Shown: positions 30,991 to 42,151 of the stretch, piece by piece
Layout of the letters: every line of letters begins with the position of its first letter
Numbering within the stretch: position 1 is the stretch's first letter
NCBI RefSeq assembly: GCF_055900595.2
Contig: NZ_CM148325.1
Direction: 5' to 3' (one strand)
DNA: 64,000 nucleotides
Position numbers and translations under genes: made by a program
The notes under the pieces: model-generated
What the model was told of the DNA's origin: nothing
Databases searched by the model: none
The model's input: only the letters and a program-made list of their open reading frames with translations

Positions 30991-33258
30991 ATGAAAGTAT
31001 TAATTGTTGAAAGCGAGTTTCTCCATCAGGACACCTGGGTCGGTAACGCCGTTGAGCGTCTGGCAGATGCTTTAAGCCAGCAAAATGTTACCGTGATTAA
31101 ATCCACCTCCTTTGATGATGGCTTTGCCATTCTCTCTTCAAACGAAGCCATTGACTGCCTGATGTTCAGCTATCAAATGGAACATCCGGACGAACATCAA
31201 AACGTCAGACAATTGATCGGTAAGCTTCATGAGCGCCAACAAAACGTGCCGGTCTTCCTGTTGGGCGATCGGGAAAAAGCCCTCGCCGCAATAGACCGAG
31301 ATCTGCTGGAGCTTGTCGATGAATTCGCCTGGATTCTGGAAGATACCGCCGACTTTATCGCCGGACGCGCCGTTGCCGCAATGACCCGCTACCGCCAGCA
31401 GCTGTTGCCGCCACTGTTCAGCGCGCTGATGAAATATAGCGACATCCATGAATATTCCTGGGCAGCGCCAGGCCACCAGGGCGGCGTTGGCTTTACCAAA
31501 ACACCCGCCGGACGTTTTTACCATGACTACTATGGTGAAAATCTGTTCCGCACCGACATGGGCATCGAACGGACTTCCCTCGGTTCTTTGCTTGACCATA
31601 CTGGCGCATTTGGCGAAAGCGAAAAATATGCCGCACGCGTATTTGGTGCCGATCGCTCCTGGTCGGTAGTCGTCGGTACTTCCGGCTCTAACCGTACCAT
31701 CATGCAGGCTTGCATGACCGATAACGATGTAGTGGTCGTTGACCGTAACTGCCATAAATCCATCGAACAAGGCTTGATGCTGACGGGCGCGAAACCGGTC
31801 TACATGGTGCCAAGCCGCAACCGCTACGGCATTATCGGGCCAATCTATCCGCAGGAAATGCAACCTGAAACCTTGCAGAAGAAAATCAGTGAAAGCCCGC
31901 TGACCAAAGACAAAGTCGGGCAAAAACCGTCTTACTGCGTGGTGACCAACTGCACCTATGACGGCGTGTGTTATAACGCTAAAGAAGCGCAGGATCTGCT
32001 GGAAAAAACTTCCGATCGTCTGCACTTTGACGAAGCCTGGTACGGTTATGCACGTTTCAACCCGATCTATGCCGATCACTATGCCATGCGCGGTGAACCT
32101 GGCGATCACAACGGTCCTACCGTTTTCGCCACCCACTCAACCCACAAACTGCTGAATGCGCTGTCACAGGCCTCTTACATTCATGTGCGTGAAGGTCGTG
32201 GGGCGATTAACTTCTCCCGCTTCAACCAGGCATACATGATGCATGCCACCACATCCCCGCTGTATGCCATCTGTGCATCTAACGACGTGGCGGTGTCGAT
32301 GATGGACGGCAACAGCGGCCTGTCACTGACCCAGGAAGTGATCGACGAAGCGGTTGATTTCCGTCAAGCGATGGCACGGCTGTATAAAGAGTTCACCCAT
32401 GACGGTAGCTGGTTCTTCAAACCGTGGAACAAAGAAGTGGTCACCGATCCACAAACCGGCAAAACCTACGACTTTGCTGACGCGCCAACCAAACTGCTGA
32501 CCACCGTTCAGGACTGCTGGGTAATGCATCCGGGCGAAAGCTGGCACGGCTTCAAAGATATTCCGGATAACTGGAGTATGCTCGACCCAATTAAAGTCAG
32601 CATTCTCGCACCGGGAATGGGTGAAGATGGTGAACTGGAAGAAACCGGTGTTCCGGCGGCGCTGGTCACTGCCTGGCTTGGTCGCCACGGCATTGTGCCT
32701 ACCCGCACCACTGACTTCCAGATTATGTTCCTGTTCTCTATGGGCGTAACCCGTGGGAAATGGGGAACTCTGGTTAACACCCTTTGCTCCTTCAAACGCC
32801 ACTACGACGCCAACACACCGCTGGCGCAGGTGATGCCGGAACTTGTTGAACAATATCCTGACACTTACGCGAATATGGGGATTCACGATCTGGGTGACAC
32901 CATGTTTGTCTGGCTAAAAGAAAATAACCCTGGCGCACGGTTGAACGAAGCCTATTCCGGCCTGCCGGTGGCGGAAATCACCCCGCGTGAAGCGTACAAC
33001 GCAATTGTCGATAACAATGTCGAACTGGTATCCATTGAAAATCTGCCTGGACGCATCGCGGCAAACTCAGTTATCCCGTATCCGCCAGGAATCCCGATGC
33101 TACTGTCTGGTGAAAACTTCGGCGATAAAAACAGTCCACAGGTAAGTTATTTACGCTCCCTGCAATCCTGGGACCATCATTTCCCTGGATTTGAACACGA
33201 AACTGAAGGGACTGAAATTATTGACGGTATTTACCACGTCATGTGTGTGAAAGCGTAA
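30991..33258 (+). CDS. adiA: Biodegradative arginine decarboxylase
   Basis: 755-aa frame from ATG 30991 (MKVLIVESEFLHQDTWVGNAVERLADALSQQN...); paralogous fold to CadA. Confidence 0.9.
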   Translation: MKVLIVESEFLHQDTWVGNAVERLADALSQQNVTVIKSTSFDDGFAILSSNEAIDCLMFSYQMEHPDEHQNVRQLIGKLHERQQNVPVFLLGDREKALAAIDRDLLELVDEFAWILEDTADFIAGRAVAAMTRYRQQLLPPLFSALMKYSDIHEYSWAAPGHQGGVGFTKTPAGRFYHDYYGENLFRTDMGIERTSLGSLLDHTGAFGESEKYAARVFGADRSWSVVVGTSGSNRTIMQACMTDNDVVVVDRNCHKSIEQGLMLTGAKPVYMVPSRNRYGIIGPIYPQEMQPETLQKKISESPLTKDKVGQKPSYCVVTNCTYDGVCYNAKEAQDLLEKTSDRLHFDEAWYGYARFNPIYADHYAMRGEPGDHNGPTVFATHSTHKLLNALSQASYIHVREGRGAINFSRFNQAYMMHATTSPLYAICASNDVAVSMMDGNSGLSLTQEVIDEAVDFRQAMARLYKEFTHDGSWFFKPWNKEVVTDPQTGKTYDFADAPTKLLTTVQDCWVMHPGESWHGFKDIPDNWSMLDPIKVSILAPGMGEDGELEETGVPAALVTAWLGRHGIVPTRTTDFQIMFLFSMGVTRGKWGTLVNTLCSFKRHYDANTPLAQVMPELVEQYPDTYANMGIHDLGDTMFVWLKENNPGARLNEAYSGLPVAEITPREAYNAIVDNNVELVSIENLPGRIAANSVIPYPPGIPMLLSGENFGDKNSPQVSYLRSLQSWDHHFPGFEHETEGTEIIDGIYHVMCVKA

Positions 33259-33581
33259 CCACTATTCCGCTGAAGGCGTAATTGTTAAATAACATTACGC
33301 CGCCTGGCTTGAGGCCTTTTTAGTATGGCAACGTTTTCATAAAAATTGCTGCAAACAAAAATGTCATACTTTTTGCGCGGTCCCACCCCGCGCTTTTTTT
33401 CGCCTGTTATTTATCCTGTAAAAAAATATGTACATGAGAAATTACTATAAAAATTTGTAATATTAGTAAAACTCGTTATTTTTATGCATGTTTATATTCA
33501 TCATACAATTATATAACCATTTCCCGGTATCGCTTTGCTTTAGCGAGAACTGGTCTTTTATTCGCACTCAGGAGTACATGT

Positions 33582-34343
33582 ATGAGGATTTGCAGCGACC
33601 AACCTTGTATTGTTTTATTGACTGAAAAAGATGTCTGGATAAGGGTGAATGGGAAAGAACCTATTAGCCTTAAAGCTAACCATATGGCGTTATTAAATTG
33701 TGAAAATAATATTATCGACGTCTCCTCTCTTAATAACACTTTGGTTGCTCATATTAGTCACGACATCATCAAAGATTACCTCCGGTTTCTGAATAAAGAT
33801 CTCTCGCAAATACCAGTATGGCAACGTAGTGCTACGCCCATCCTCACCCTGCCATGCCTGACGCCAGACGTCTTTCGCGTTGCCGCGCAACATAGCATGA
33901 TGCCCGCTGAAACTGAGTCAGAAAAGGAACGAACACGTGCATTATTATTCACTGTGCTATCCCGTTTTCTCGACAGTAAAAAATTCCTTTCATTAATGAT
34001 GTATATGTTACGTAATTGTGTAAGTGACAGCGTTTATCAAATTATTGAAAGCGATATCCACAAAGACTGGAATCTTAGTATGGTAGCCAGTTGTTTATGT
34101 CTTAGCCCAAGTCTGTTAAAGAAAAAGCTGAAAAGCGAAAACACCAGTTATAGCCAAATAATCACCACCTGCCGCATGCGTTATGCCGTCAATGAATTAA
34201 TGATGGACGGTAAAAATATCTCTCAGGTCTCACAGTCGTGTGGCTACAACAGTACGTCGTACTTTATTTCTGTCTTTAAAGGCTTCTACGGTATGACGCC
34301 TCTGCATTATGTTAGTCAGCACAGAGAACGCACTGTCGCCTGA
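33582..34343 (+). CDS. adiY: AraC-family regulator AdiY
   Basis: 253-aa ORF MRICSDQPCIVLLTEKDVWIRVNGKEPISLKANHMALLN... Confidence 0.9.
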   Translation: MRICSDQPCIVLLTEKDVWIRVNGKEPISLKANHMALLNCENNIIDVSSLNNTLVAHISHDIIKDYLRFLNKDLSQIPVWQRSATPILTLPCLTPDVFRVAAQHSMMPAETESEKERTRALLFTVLSRFLDSKKFLSLMMYMLRNCVSDSVYQIIESDIHKDWNLSMVASCLCLSPSLLKKKLKSENTSYSQIITTCRMRYAVNELMMDGKNISQVSQSCGYNSTSYFISVFKGFYGMTPLHYVSQHRERTVA

Positions 34344-34479
34344 TTTTTAACCTTAACGAAGAGCTATATTAATAACGGCATCAGCGATAACCCGGTCGAT
34401 AATAATTCAACTATCGAATGCAGGCGTATGATATGACGTAATTTATTGTCACGAAGCTCGCCTTCGCAGGAGTTTAATT

Positions 34480-35817
34480 ATGTCTTCGGATGCTGATGCT
34501 CACAAAGTGGGCTTAATCCCCGTCACCCTGATGGTGTCGGGGAATATTATGGGGTCAGGTGTTTTTCTGTTACCTGCAAACCTGGCCTCCACTGGCGGGA
34601 TTGCCATTTATGGATGGTTGGTGACGATTATCGGTGCGCTGGGGCTCTCGATGGTATACGCCAAAATGTCGTTCCTCGACCCAAGTCCTGGTGGTTCTTA
34701 CGCTTACGCCCGCCGCTGCTTTGGCCCGTTTCTCGGTTATCAAACCAACGTCCTCTACTGGCTGGCCTGCTGGATCGGCAATATCGCCATGGTGGTCATT
34801 GGCGTAGGATATTTAAGTTACTTCTTCCCGATTCTGAAAGATCCACTGGTATTAACCATCACCTGCGTCGTGGTGCTGTGGATCTTCGTCCTGCTGAACA
34901 TTGTCGGTCCGAAAATGATCACCCGCGTGCAGGCCGTTGCCACCGTGCTGGCGCTGATCCCCATCGTCGGGATTGCCGTATTTGGCTGGTTCTGGTTCCG
35001 TGGTGAAACCTATATGGCGGCATGGAACGTCAGCGGCCTGGGCACCTTCGGCGCGATTCAAAGTACCCTTAACGTTACGCTGTGGTCGTTCATCGGTGTG
35101 GAAAGTGCCTCCGTTGCCGCAGGTGTGGTGAAAAACCCGAAACGCAACGTCCCTATCGCCACCATTGGTGGGGTATTGATTGCCGCCGTTTGCTATGTAC
35201 TTTCTACCACCGCGATTATGGGGATGATCCCTAATGCCGCACTGCGCGTTTCTGCTTCGCCATTCGGTGATGCCGCACGGATGGCGCTGGGTGACACCGC
35301 CGGGGCCATTGTTTCTTTCTGCGCAGCTGCGGGTTGCTTAGGTTCACTGGGCGGCTGGACGTTGCTGGCGGGTCAAACGGCGAAAGCCGCTGCCGATGAC
35401 GGGCTGTTCCCACCGATTTTTGCCCGTGTAAACAAAGCGGGTACGCCAGTGGCAGGGCTGATTATCGTCGGTATTTTGATGACCATCTTCCAGCTCAGTA
35501 GCATTTCGCCAAACGCGACTAAAGAGTTCGGTCTGGTTTCTTCCGTGTCGGTCATCTTTACACTGGTGCCATATCTTTACACCTGTGCGGCGTTACTGCT
35601 GCTCGGCCACGGTCACTTTGGTAAAGCACGCCCGGCATATCTGGCAGTTACTACCATTGCCTTCCTCTACTGCATCTGGGCCGTGGTGGGGTCCGGGGCG
35701 AAAGAGGTTATGTGGTCATTTGTCACCCTGATGGTCATCACCGCCATGTATGCGCTGAATTACAACCGGCTGCATAAAAACCCGTATCCCTTAGATGCAC
35801 CAATAAGCAAAGATTAA
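34480..35817 (+). CDS. adiC: Arginine:agmatine antiporter
   Basis: 445-aa APC-family [40 protein letters not shown]... Confidence 0.9.
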
Positions 35818-35920
35818 TTCCCCTTAATCCAGCAAACATAAAAGCCAACCTTAAGAACTTAAGGTTGGCTTAATTTTGCTTTGCGAGCATATGCGCACTT
35901 TGTTCGATGGAAACACCGTG

Positions 35921-37564
35921 ATGTTGAAGCGCCTACTAAATAGACCCTCTTTGAATTTACTCGCCTGGCTATTGTTGGCCGCTTTTTATATCTCTATCTG
36001 CCTGAATATTGCCTTTTTTAAACAGGTGTTGCAGGCGCTGCCGCTGGACTCGCTGCATAACGTACTGGTTTTCTTGTCGATGCCGGTCGTCGCTTTCAGC
36101 GTGATTAATATTGTCCTGACACTAAGCTCTTTCTTATGGCTTAATCGACCGCTGGCCTGCCTGTTTATTCTGGTTGGCGCGGCTGCACAATATTTCATAA
36201 TGACTTACGGCATCGTCATCGACCGCTCGATGATTGCCAATATTATTGATACCACCCCAGCAGAAAGTTATGCGCTGATGACACCGCAAATGTTATTAAC
36301 GCTGGGATTCAGCGGCGTGCTTGCTGCGCTGATTGCCTGCTGGATTAAAATCAAACCTGCCACCTCGCGCCTGCGCAGTGTTCTTTTCCGTGGAGCCAAT
36401 ATTCTGGTTTCTGTGCTCCTGATTCTGCTGGTCGCCGCACTGTTTTATAAAGACTACGCCTCGCTGTTTCGCAACAACAAAGAGCTGGTGAAGTCCTTAA
36501 GCCCCTCTAACAGCATTGTTGCCAGCTGGTCATGGTACTCCCATCAGCGACTGGCAAATCTGCCGCTGGTGCGAATTGGTGAAGACGCGCACCGCAACCC
36601 GTTAATGCAGAACGAGAAACGTAAAAATTTGACCATCCTGATTGTCGGCGAAACCTCGCGGGCGGAGAACTTCTCCCTCAACGGCTACCCGCGTGAAACG
36701 AACCCGCGGCTGGCGAAAGATAACGTGGTCTATTTCCCCAATACTGCGTCTTGCGGCACGGCAACGGCAGTTTCAGTACCATGCATGTTCTCGGATATGC
36801 CGCGTGAGCATTACAAAGAAGAACTGGCACAACATCAGGAAGGCGTGCTGGATATCATTCAGCGGGCGGGCATAAACGTGCTGTGGAATGACAACGATGG
36901 TGGCTGCAAAGGCGTCTGCGATCGCGTGCCTCACCAGAACGTCACTGCGCTGAACCTGCCTGGTCAGTGTATCAACGGCGAATGTTATGACGAAGTGCTT
37001 TTCCACGGGCTGGAAGAGTACATCAATAACCTGCAAGGTGATGGCGTAATTGTCTTACACACCATCGGCAGTCACGGCCCGACCTATTACAATCGCTATC
37101 CGCCACAGTTCAGGAAATTTACCCCTACCTGCGACACCAACGAGATCCAGACCTGTACCCAAGAGCAACTGGTAAACACTTACGACAATACGCTGGTCTA
37201 CGTCGACTATATTGTTGATAAAGCAATTAATCTACTGAAAGAACATCAGGGTAAATTTACCACCAGCCTGGTTTATCTTTCTGACCACGGTGAATCGTTA
37301 GGTGAAAATGGCATCTATCTGCACGGTTTGCCTTATGCCATCGCCCCGGATAGCCAAAAACAGGTGCCGATGCTGCTGTGGCTGTCTGAGGATTATCAAA
37401 AACGGTATCAGGTTGACCAAAGTTGCCTACAGAAACAGGCGCAAACGCAACACTATTCACAAGACAATTTATTCTCCACGCTATTGGGATTAACTGGCGT
37501 TGAGACGAAGTATTACCAGGCTGCGGATGATATTCTGCAAACTTGCAGGAGAGTGAGTGAATGA
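35921..37564 (+). CDS. eptA: Lipid A phosphoethanolamine transferase EptA (PmrC)
   Basis: 547-aa frame from ATG 35921 ([33 protein letters not shown]...); overlaps basR start. Confidence 0.85.
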   Translation: MLKRLLNRPSLNLLAWLLLAAFYISICLNIAFFKQVLQALPLDSLHNVLVFLSMPVVAFSVINIVLTLSSFLWLNRPLACLFILVGAAAQYFIMTYGIVIDRSMIANIIDTTPAESYALMTPQMLLTLGFSGVLAALIACWIKIKPATSRLRSVLFRGANILVSVLLILLVAALFYKDYASLFRNNKELVKSLSPSNSIVASWSWYSHQRLANLPLVRIGEDAHRNPLMQNEKRKNLTILIVGETSRAENFSLNGYPRETNPRLAKDNVVYFPNTASCGTATAVSVPCMFSDMPREHYKEELAQHQEGVLDIIQRAGINVLWNDNDGGCKGVCDRVPHQNVTALNLPGQCINGECYDEVLFHGLEEYINNLQGDGVIVLHTIGSHGPTYYNRYPPQFRKFTPTCDTNEIQTCTQEQLVNTYDNTLVYVDYIVDKAINLLKEHQGKFTTSLVYLSDHGESLGENGIYLHGLPYAIAPDSQKQVPMLLWLSEDYQKRYQVDQSCLQKQAQTQHYSQDNLFSTLLGLTGVETKYYQAADDILQTCRRVSE

Positions 37565-38229
37565 AAATTCTGATTGTTGAAGACGATACGCTGTTATTGC
37601 AGGGATTGATTCTGGCGGCGCAAACCGAAGGCTACGCGTGCGATGGCGTGACAACCGCGCGGATGGCGGAACAAAGCCTTGAGACCGGTCATTACAGCCT
37701 GGTGGTACTGGATTTAGGCTTACCCGATGAAGATGGGCTGCATTTTCTCGCCCGTATCCGGCAGAAAAAATATACCCTGCCGGTACTGATCCTCACCGCT
37801 CGCGATACGCTGACCGACAAAATCGCCGGGCTGGATGTCGGTGCCGATGACTATCTGGTGAAGCCTTTTGCGCTGGAAGAGTTACATGCCCGTATCCGCG
37901 CCCTGCTACGACGCCATAATAATCAGGGTGAAAGTGAGCTGATTGTTGGCAATCTGACGCTGAATATGGGTCGCCGTCAGGTATGGATGGGCAGTGAAGA
38001 GTTGATTCTGACGCCCAAAGAATATGCTCTGCTATCACGGTTAATGCTCAAAGCAGGCAGTCCGGTGCATCGGGAAATTCTCTACAACGACATCTATAAC
38101 TGGGACAATGAACCCTCGACCAACACCCTGGAAGTGCATATCCACAATCTGCGCGACAAAGTGGGCAAAGCCCGTATCCGCACCGTGCGCGGCTTTGGCT
38201 ATATGCTGGTCGCGAATGAGGAAAACTAA
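37561..38229 (+). CDS. basR: Response regulator BasR (PmrA)
   Basis: 222-aa [33 protein letters not shown]... Confidence 0.9.
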   Translation: MKILIVEDDTLLLQGLILAAQTEGYACDGVTTARMAEQSLETGHYSLVVLDLGLPDEDGLHFLARIRQKKYTLPVLILTARDTLTDKIAGLDVGADDYLVKPFALEELHARIRALLRRHNNQGESELIVGNLTLNMGRRQVWMGSEELILTPKEYALLSRLMLKAGSPVHREILYNDIYNWDNEPSTNTLEVHIHNLRDKVGKARIRTVRGFGYMLVANEEN

Positions 38230-38238
38230 TTGAATCTG

Positions 38239-39330
38239 ATGCGTTTTCTGCGCCGACCAATATCGCTGCGCCAACGGCTGATATTGACCATCGGGGCCAT
38301 TTTGTTGGTGTTTGAGCTGATCAGCGTCTTCTGGCTATGGCATGAAAGTACCGAGCAGATTCAGCTGTTTGAGCAGGCGCTACGCGACAATCGTAACAAC
38401 GATCGCCACATCATGCGTGAGATCCGCGAGGCGGTCGCCAGCCTGATTGTCCCTGGCGTCTTTATGGTCAGCCTGACGCTATTTATCTGCTATCAGGCGG
38501 TACGCCGCATCACCCGCCCGCTGGCGGAGCTGCAAAAAGAGCTGGAAGCGCGCACCGCCGACAACTTAACGCCCATTGCCATTCACAGCGCCACCCTCGA
38601 AATCGAAGCGGTGGTTTCAGCGTTAAACGATCTGGTCAGTCGCCTGACCAACACGCTGGATAACGAAAGGTTGTTTACCGCTGACGTCGCGCACGAACTG
38701 CGAACGCCACTGGCGGGGGTGCGTTTGCATCTGGAACTGCTGGCGAAAACGCATCACATTGATGTAGCACCGTTAGTGGCACGACTTGATCAGATGATGG
38801 AGAGTGTCTCCCAGCTACTGCAACTGGCGCGTGCCGGACAGTCATTTTCTTCCGGTAATTATCAACATGTAAAACTGCTGGAAGATGTCATTCTCCCCTC
38901 GTATGACGAACTCAGTACCATGCTCGACCAGCGCCAGCAAACCCTGCTATTGCCAGAGAGCGCCGCCGACATCATCGTTCAGGGTGATGCAACCCTGCTG
39001 CGGATGTTATTGCGAAACCTGGTAGAAAATGCCCATCGTTACAGCCCGCAAGGCAGCAACATTATGATTAAGCTGCAAGAAGATGGCGGAGCGGTCATGG
39101 CCGTTGAAGATGAAGGACCGGGTATTGATGAGAGTAAATGCGGGGAGTTGAGTAAAGCGTTTGTACGTATGGACAGCCGTTATGGCGGGATTGGTCTGGG
39201 GTTAAGTATTGTCAGCCGCATTACACAGTTGCATCACGGGCAGTTTTTCCTGCAAAACCGGCAAGAGACTTCTGGCACACGGGCCTGGATACGGCTGAAA
39301 AAAGATCAGTACGTGGCAAACCAGATATAA
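38239..39330 (+). CDS. basS: Sensor histidine kinase BasS (PmrB)
   Basis: 363-aa frame from ATG 38239 (MRFLRRPISLRQRLILTIGAILLVFELISVFWLWHESTEQ...); ORF track extends to an upstream TTG at 38230. Confidence 0.85.
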   Translation: MRFLRRPISLRQRLILTIGAILLVFELISVFWLWHESTEQIQLFEQALRDNRNNDRHIMREIREAVASLIVPGVFMVSLTLFICYQAVRRITRPLAELQKELEARTADNLTPIAIHSATLEIEAVVSALNDLVSRLTNTLDNERLFTADVAHELRTPLAGVRLHLELLAKTHHIDVAPLVARLDQMMESVSQLLQLARAGQSFSSGNYQHVKLLEDVILPSYDELSTMLDQRQQTLLLPESAADIIVQGDATLLRMLLRNLVENAHRYSPQGSNIMIKLQEDGGAVMAVEDEGPGIDESKCGELSKAFVRMDSRYGGIGLGLSIVSRITQLHHGQFFLQNRQETSGTRAWIRLKKDQYVANQI

Positions 39331-39395
39331 AGAAAGCTGCTGACCACCAGCACGCTGAACACGGTAGTTAAACTTTCATAAACACGGTTTTTCAT
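39306..39395 (-). CDS. pmrR: Small membrane peptide PmrR (29 aa)
   Basis: Hand-translated minus-strand ORF MKNRVYESLTTVFSVLVVSSFLYIWFATY; overlaps the 3' end of basS on the opposite strand. Confidence 0.6.
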   Translation of the reverse strand: MKNRVYESLTTVFSVLVVSSFLYIWFATY

Positions 39396-39506
39396 TGCAC
39401 TCTCCTCCGTTAACCTGGAGGAGAGTATGCGCGTCAGAGATTAAGTGAACCTTAAGAGTTCAATTGGCCTGATAAGACAGCATCACATCAGGCCATCCGT
39501 TTCAGC

Positions 39507-41009
39507 TTATTCATCAATTCGCGGATGCTGCTGCACCAGGCGGGTACGTTTCGCCTGCAAATCGGCAATCTCGTGGTCAATATCATCGATTTTCTGCTCG
39601 ATATTATCGTAATGCTCGACGAGAATTTCCTTCGCTTCCTGTATATCTGACGCCGCCGGTGTCGCACCTTTCAACGGACGATTCGCCGTCTCTTTCATGG
39701 TTACGCCGGTGATTAAACCAACCACCGCCACTACCATCAGGTAATAGGCAGGCATCATCAGATTCTGCGAGCTTTCGACCAGCCAGGCCGCCAACGTTGG
39801 CGTCAGACCGGCAACCAGCACCGAAATATTAAATGCCGCCGCCAGCGCGCTGTAACGGATATGCGTCGGGAACATCGCTGGCAAGGTAGAAGCCATAACG
39901 CCCGTAAAGCAGTTAAGGATCACCGCCAGCATCAGTAACCCGGCAAAAATCAGGCCGATGACGTTACTGTTAATCAGAATAAACGCCGGGATCGCCAACA
40001 CAAACAGTGCAACACTACCAAGTAGCACAAACGGACGACGGCCAAAACGGTCACTCAGCAAGCCCATCACCGGCTGGACAAACAGCATACCGATCATAAT
40101 GGCGATAATAATTAGCACCCCGTGGTCTTCGGAGTAATGCAGGTTATGCGACAAATAACTCGGCATATAGGTCAGCAACATGTAGTAAGTCACGTTGGTG
40201 GCAATTACCAGACCAATACATGTCAACAGGCTGCGCCAGTATTTAGTGGCAATCTCTTTAAACGAGACTTTCGGGCCATCCTGCAAACCTTCGCGGTCGC
40301 CCTGTTCCAGTTTATCAACATGCTGCTGGAACGCCGGAGTTTCTTCCAGCGCATGGCGCAGGTAAAGCCCGATAATCCCTAACGGCAGAGCAATAAAGAA
40401 CGGAATACGCCAGCCCCAGTCGAGGAAGTTCGCTTCGCCGACAATGGTCGAAATTAACACCACCACGCCCGCACCCAGCACAAACCCGGCAATAGAACCG
40501 AAGTCCAGCCAGCTGCCCATAAAGCCACGTTTACGGTCAGGGGAGTATTCCGCAACAAATATCGACGCCCCGGTATATTCACCGCCGACCGAGAAACCTT
40601 GTGCCATCTTACAGATCAACAGCAGAATCGGTGCCCAAATACCAATCGTGTCGTAGGACGGTATTAAGCCAATACAGAACGTACTGATCGACATAATCAC
40701 AATAGTGATAGCGAGGATCTTCTGGCGACCATATTTATCGCCCAACATACCAAAGAAGAGTCCGCCAAGCGGTCGAATCAGAAAGGGAACGGAGAAAGTG
40801 GCAAGTGCAGCAACCATCTGCACGCTGGGGTCAGCCCCCGGGAAAAAAACTTTACCTAATGCGTAAGCAACAAAACCATAAACACCAAAATCGAACCATT
40901 CCATTGCATTACCCAGTGATGCTGCGGTAATGGCTTTACGCAGTTTACCGTCATCAATAATAGTGACATCACGAAGGGTAATCGGTTTTACTTTTTTCCT
41001 TTTCAGCAT
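39507..41009 (-). CDS. proP: Proline/glycine betaine:H+ symporter (osmosensor)
   Basis: 500-aa MFS frame from the MLKRKKVKPITLRDVTIIDDGKLRKAIT start; C-terminal coiled-coil tail. Confidence 0.9.
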   Translation of the reverse strand: MLKRKKVKPITLRDVTIIDDGKLRKAITAASLGNAMEWFDFGVYGFVAYALGKVFFPGADPSVQMVAALATFSVPFLIRPLGGLFFGMLGDKYGRQKILAITIVIMSISTFCIGLIPSYDTIGIWAPILLLICKMAQGFSVGGEYTGASIFVAEYSPDRKRGFMGSWLDFGSIAGFVLGAGVVVLISTIVGEANFLDWGWRIPFFIALPLGIIGLYLRHALEETPAFQQHVDKLEQGDREGLQDGPKVSFKEIATKYWRSLLTCIGLVIATNVTYYMLLTYMPSYLSHNLHYSEDHGVLIIIAIMIGMLFVQPVMGLLSDRFGRRPFVLLGSVALFVLAIPAFILINSNVIGLIFAGLLMLAVILNCFTGVMASTLPAMFPTHIRYSALAAAFNISVLVAGLTPTLAAWLVESSQNLMMPAYYLMVVAVVGLITGVTMKETANRPLKGATPAASDIQEAKEILVEHYDNIEQKIDDIDHEIADLQAKRTRLVQQHPRIDE

Positions 41010-41272
41010 AGCTTTCCTCGCAGAGTTGGCCCATTTCCGCAAACGCCAGAAAAATCAGCGCGACGGCCGCAAAAGGGGAGCGGGAATTGCAGGATGCAAT
41101 CTCTGTAACAAGCGTAGCGGGTTTGCTTACACCCTCCGGTTAAGGAATGTACAATCAAACCAGTTGACGCCTGAATTGGGCAGTTAATGAGCTTTTTACC
41201 CTACCAGTGTTTAAATTTGTGATCAACTTCACACATGATTTTCGTTTAGGAGTCATTGATGTAACTGATTAT

Positions 41273-42151
41273 TTACACCAAATTTACAGAGAAGATTTCC
41301 TCGACCATTGCCCCCGCCAGACGCTGCGCTGAACAGAGTCGTGGCATCCCCAGTGCGACAGTTTGCCAGCGTTGGGTCACTGACCAGCAAACGGGTTGTT
41401 TATCTGCCGTGGACCACTTTCCCAGCCAACTTAAAAAATCAGCATGATCCCCACCCGTCGGGGCGGTTGAAGAGGTAAACCACTGATGGTAATAGTGACG
41501 AGTGGTCGTTGCCGCATTAATACTCTCTGCCAGATGTTGTGTCGCTTTCACGCGCAAATCACCCAGCAACAACGCCACCGCTTGCGGGCTTCCCAGACGG
41601 CAGGCATCGCCAAATGCCCCCCAGCGCAACTCCTCCAGAACGATAAAACAGCGCCCAGGCAACGACCAGGCGTTATACGCCCCAGCACGCCAGCGGGTAA
41701 AAATTTGCTCGCTCTGATCACCTGCCTGCACCAGTAGGCCTCGTTGCGTTAACGCCTTTTCCTTCCAGCGACAACGGGCTGAAAACCACTCATACAAGGC
41801 GGCAATTTGCTGGGGGAGCTCCGGGAAAGCAGAGTGCTGGCGGTGATCCATTTTTTGCAGCAGCGCCAGATGCTGCGCGATCTGCGTCAGCGCCAGATGA
41901 CCGGGATCCAGCATCGACGCCAGTTTTTCCACCAATGTCAGACGCAGGCTAAGCGGCGCATTTAACATCCCGCCGTTCGTCCATGCCTGAAGCTGCACAC
42001 GCGCAAGAAGTTCCTGCATCAGTCGTTCACGAAACTGCTGCTGATGGGCTTGTGGATGGCGGGCATCATCGCCCTGCGCCAGATCCACTAAAAAGCGGGG
42101 ATGAATCGACTCCAGCACACGACCGGGGCCGTCCAGCAACGTCTTGGTCAA
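41273..42151 (-). CDS. yjcZ: Uncharacterised protein YjcZ
   Basis: 292-aa ORF in conserved position between proP and crfC. Confidence 0.75.
   Translation of the reverse strand: MTKTLLDGPGRVLESIHPRFLVDLAQGDDARHPQAHQQQFRERLMQELLARVQLQAWTNGGMLNAPLSLRLTLVEKLASMLDPGHLALTQIAQHLALLQKMDHRQHSAFPELPQQIAALYEWFSARCRWKEKALTQRGLLVQAGDQSEQIFTRWRAGAYNAWSLPGRCFIVLEELRWGAFGDACRLGSPQAVALLLGDLRVKATQHLAESINAATTTRHYYHQWFTSSTAPTGGDHADFLSWLGKWSTADKQPVCWSVTQRWQTVALGMPRLCSAQRLAGAMVEEIFSVNLV

Noticed and set aside
31138-32136. 332-aa minus-strand ORF
   Set aside because: It is antisense within adiA; a shadow ORF.
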